From: Trichodelitschia bisporula
Taxonomy: Eukaryota
Assembly (NCBI GenBank): GCA_010356995.1
Contig: ML996701.1
Coordinates: 302,963-366,962, forward strand
Length of the DNA: 64,000 nucleotides
Reading direction: 5' to 3'
Shown here piece by piece: positions 60,832 through 64,000 of the stretch (its first letter is position 1; each line of letters begins with the position of its first letter). A model generated the notes under the pieces. The model worked only from the letters and a program-made list of their open reading frames with translations. It was not told where the DNA came from and searched no databases. The position numbers and the translations under genes were made by a program.

Positions 60832-62160
60832 CTAAACCTCGCTATCATCCAGACTATTCCTCCTCAACCCCGACCGCCTAAACCCACCATAGCTCCGACT
60901 CGGCCTCTCCTGCCTAACACCAACCTGGCTCACACTCTCATCAATCCCCGGCTCCCCCTTCGTCAGCCCCGGAATATGATGCGTGTACACCTTCGTCCCC
61001 GTCGCACTCGTGCTAGCCTGAAAACTTGCCTCGCTGTCCTCGCCATAGTACCGGGGCCCGCCACGCGACTGCCTCTTCTGCTGCGACGCCTGGCGCGTGC
61101 CCTTCGACGGCGACTGCCGGTCAGAGCCCACGGCCGATGATGTGGGAGTGGTTTTCTCGCTCACAGGCGCCAGGTCGTTCGCGGGCCGGTACGCGTCGTA
61201 GTAGCTGCTGGCCTGGCGGCGGGAGCCGTGTGTCTGGGCCTCGCTGGGAACGGTGAAGATGGTCGCGTGGTCGGGGGCGCCGGTGCCGCCGGTTAGGATG
61301 CTGGACGGGGCGACGCGGTAGGCGGCCAGGGGGGGCGGGACAATGGGGTTAGACGCGGAAAAGTGTGAGTCGACGTCGTCTTCGTGCTCGTAGCGGGGCG
61401 GATGGGAGTTGCGGGGCTGGGGGACTTCGGAGGGCGGGGCGGAGGACACGACGGTAGCGTCGTCGTGCGGGCGGGACTTGCTGCGCCTCTTTTCTTCCTT
61501 CGCGCGCTTTTCGGCATCCTTGGCTTCGGCCTTGCGCTGCTCCTTCTCGCGACGTTCGCGCTCTTTCTGCTCGCGGCGCTGCTCACGCTTGTTCGGGGAC
61601 TCGGGTTGTCTCGAAACTTCAGAGCGGTCGGTGTTAGTCCCGTCCCACTGCGAGCCATGCGAGCGCGTATTCATGCCGCCGACCTTAGCTGCCTTCTCCT
61701 GCTTGTAAGCCCTGAGTTCGGGGTCCTGGCCCTTGGTGTGGCGGTGGTGGCGGTACTGATCGCGGTAAGCGCCACGGCTGTCCTTGCTGACTTTCGAAAC
61801 CTCGCTTTCGGTGCCGACGTTTGAGTCTGTGTAACCGTGGTCGCTGAACTTGGGCGCCTGGCTCGTGCCGCCGAGGCGCGTGCTCTTGGTTGCGTTGCTG
61901 AGGGTGCGGCCGTCGGGGCCCTTGCGGCGGAGGACGGTCGACTTGTAGTCTTCCCAGTCGCCCTGGCGCCACTTGAAGCCGCCGTTGCGCGCCATGAAGA
62001 AGAACCAGATGCCGGCGACGACCATGGCGGCGCCGATGATGGCGAACAGCGCGAGGAACCCCGCATTGTCAAGGTCATTGGCGGGCTTGACGCCCGTGCC
62101 GAAGGTGGGAGTTTTGTCGGCACGCGGAAGAAGGTGGGGATAAGAGGGAGCAGGCGCCAT
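60832..62160 (-). CDS. Fungal single-pass membrane protein of unknown function
   Basis: 442-aa ORF; TM helix then WFFF.ARNGGFKW..GDWEDYKSTVLRRKGPDG; charged coiled coil and disordered tail. Confidence 0.85.
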   Translation of the reverse strand: MAPAPSYPHLLPRADKTPTFGTGVKPANDLDNAGFLALFAIIGAAMVVAGIWFFFMARNGGFKWRQGDWEDYKSTVLRRKGPDGRTLSNATKSTRLGGTSQAPKFSDHGYTDSNVGTESEVSKVSKDSRGAYRDQYRHHRHTKGQDPELRAYKQEKAAKVGGMNTRSHGSQWDGTNTDRSEVSRQPESPNKREQRREQKERERREKEQRKAEAKDAEKRAKEEKRRSKSRPHDDATVVSSAPPSEVPQPRNSHPPRYEHEDDVDSHFSASNPIVPPPLAAYRVAPSSILTGGTGAPDHATIFTVPSEAQTHGSRRQASSYYDAYRPANDLAPVSEKTTPTSSAVGSDRQSPSKGTRQASQQKRQSRGGPRYYGEDSEASFQASTSATGTKVYTHHIPGLTKGEPGIDESVSQVGVRQERPSRSYGGFRRSGLRRNSLDDSEV

Positions 62161-62642
62161 GATGAGGATGCTCGGAATGTGCTGTTGAGATCCTGAGCAC
62201 GAGGCTCTGGGTACGATGGATGGACGTCGATCAGACGGAATGTGTGTGCGGAATGCTCAGAGATGGGTTTGACGAGCGATAGTGGAATGTCAAGTCTGTC
62301 TCTACAAATTCGTAGGAGAGACAGACGGTCGTAGAGATGCAAGATGTGGAGAGTTTGGGTGTGGGAGAGGAAGCGCTGGTTGAGGTGGTGGTTTAAGCGG
62401 CCGGCCCCCAGCCTCTCTCCCCGGCCTCTCCAATTTCCCCTGCCACTGACGTTGTGTTTACACCCCGGTTGCCCCGCGACGAGCGGGAAAGGCCCGTGCA
62501 CTGAGTGGCTGGTGGCCTGGTCAGGTGATTCGACCCTGAACGACCTGGAGCTTCCACTTTCACTTTCAGACTTCACATCCTGAGTTACGCATTTCGTCTT
62601 GTGCTTCTCGTCCTCGCATTCGGGAGCCTACAGTGTCTTCTG

Positions 62643-62772
62643 CGGATGTAACTTGTGATCATACCTAAGCTCCGCCGCGCAAGTCACCTTCAAACTCATT
62701 CATCTACATCCTGTACGGATGTAAGTTGTGGTTATGTACCTAAGCTCCGCCTTGCAAGTCACCTTCAAACTC
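62643..62772. repeat. Imperfect direct repeat, 2 x ~56 bp (period 73-75 bp)
   Basis: cggatgtaa.ttgtg..tacctaagctccgcc..gcaagtcaccttcaaactc at 62643-62697 and 62716-62772. Confidence 0.9.
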
Positions 62773-63071
62773 CGGGCTGGTGAGTACGTATCTCCGTAGG
62801 TCCAGACTGACCAATGGCAAACTGCCTACGCCGCGAGAATAAACCACAGCGGATGGTCAAAAGCCAGCTTGCAGACTATCGGGCTTTCAAGTTGAGCCGA
62901 TTCTGCAAGTCTCTACAATACAGGCAGGACATTGAAATGAGTACGCCTTCGATATATATAGCATCTGTAAGCGGTCGGATGTCGATCGTGCCCATCCCGA
63001 ACAGGAGCCTACAGCCACTTCGGTTTATAATAAAGAGTCAAAGCGACGGAATAAACTCAGGACATTGTTAT

Positions 63072-63203
63072 CAGTTCTTCTCCCATCATTGGACATATTC
63101 AGCATCTATTGAACCTCAGTCCTTCTCCCATTCGACATATTCAGCAATCATTGAACCTCAATCCTCCTCACATCGGACATATTCAGCATTTATTGAACCT
63201 CAG
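63072..63203. repeat. 42-bp tandem repeat x3 immediately upstream of the SDR start
   Basis: GACATATTCAGCA at 63092, 63134 and 63176, each followed by ATTGAACCTCA. Confidence 0.92.
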
Positions 63204-63219
63204 CTCAACAACGACCATC

Positions 63220-64000
63220 ATGGGCCTCTTCCAAGTCAGCCTACGAGACCCGACCGGCTCCTTCGCCGGCAAGACCATCATCGTCACCGGCTCCAACACG
63301 GGCCTTGGTCTCGAAGCCGCCATTAAATTCACCCAGCTCAATGCCTCACGCCTCATCCTCGCTGTTCGTGATCCCTCCAAAGGCGAAGCCGCCAAAGCGA
63401 CCATCCAACAGCGCGTCCCCAACCACACGACCAACATCGAGGTCTGGCCGCTGGATATGGCCTCATACGCCAGCATCAAATCCTTCGTCCACCGTGTCGA
63501 GAGCGATGTCGACCGACTCGACATTGCGCTGCTGAACGCCGGCTTCATGTCGGGCAAGTTCCAGCTCAGCGAGTACGGTTGGGAGACGGTTCTGCAGGTC
63601 AACACTGTCTCGACGACGCTTCTCGCGCTGTTGCTGCTGCCAAAGCTGCGCGCCAGCAGGACGGAAACTTCGACGCCGGTGCTTGAGGTTGTGAGCTCGG
63701 GCTTGCATACGAGAGCGAAGGTCAATGCGGAGCACCGGGCACTGGAGCATGTGATGGCGAGCTACAACAACGCCGAGTCGGTCGCGGAAGGTCCGGTAGG
63801 AGAGGGGCAATACTCGCGCTCGAAATTGTTCGTCTTGCAGGCGTTTGAGGTGATCGCTCGTTCGGTACTGAACAAGAGCACGGGCAAGCCGGATGTGCTT
63901 GTTGTTGTGTCGTGCCCCGGGGCGTGCAAGAGCGAGTTGGGCAGGGAGATGACGGGTCTGCTGGGGGTTGCGAAGAACCTCTTCTATCGCTTTATCAGGA
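63220..64000 (+). CDS. Short-chain dehydrogenase/reductase (retinol-DH-like), truncated by window end
   Basis: IVTGSNTGLGLEAA Rossmann motif, LDMASY, LLNAG, LQVN, VVSS, catalytic YSRSK, CPG. Confidence 0.93.
   Translation, partial: MGLFQVSLRDPTGSFAGKTIIVTGSNTGLGLEAAIKFTQLNASRLILAVRDPSKGEAAKATIQQRVPNHTTNIEVWPLDMASYASIKSFVHRVESDVDRLDIALLNAGFMSGKFQLSEYGWETVLQVNTVSTTLLALLLLPKLRASRTETSTPVLEVVSSGLHTRAKVNAEHRALEHVMASYNNAESVAEGPVGEGQYSRSKLFVLQAFEVIARSVLNKSTGKPDVLVVVSCPGACKSELGREMTGLLGVAKNLFYRFIR

Noticed and set aside
63072..63203. Regularly spaced repeats resembling a mini CRISPR array
   Set aside because: The intervening sequences are themselves homologous (plain 42-bp tandem), there are no cas genes, and the context is eukaryotic

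Overview
Gene-dense, intron-rich DNA from a filamentous ascomycete (Pezizomycotina; Dothideomycetes-like is a guess). Introns are mostly 45-70 nt with GT(A/G)NGT donors, CTRAC-type branch sites and YAG acceptors. After a ~6.9 kb gene-poor stretch there are about 23 genes. These include arginyl-tRNA synthetase, an M13 peptidase, CBR1, a GIG1/DUF3605 protein, annexin, a PPR protein, MCC alpha, myosin II, a Red1-like zf-C3H1 protein, DUF952, transaldolase, SOD1, RTA1, YAF9, COQ11-like, haspin, a partial SDR and three Cys-rich secreted proteins. The most striking unexplained structure is two independent intergenic fold-back loci (~26.3-26.6 kb and ~34.1-34.5 kb). Each consists of two diverged transposase-like coding fragments joined head-to-head and reading outward from the axis; this could be a Mu-killer-like hairpin-RNA source. 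Other notable items: dual-start ArgRS with a 24-bp repeat expansion, an in-frame GC-AG intron in the myosin tail, structured SOD1 introns, a Crz1-type motif cluster upstream of annexin, and a secreted protein with an X-Pro/X-Ala dipeptide propeptide. All gene models and alignments were done by eye, with no database searches.
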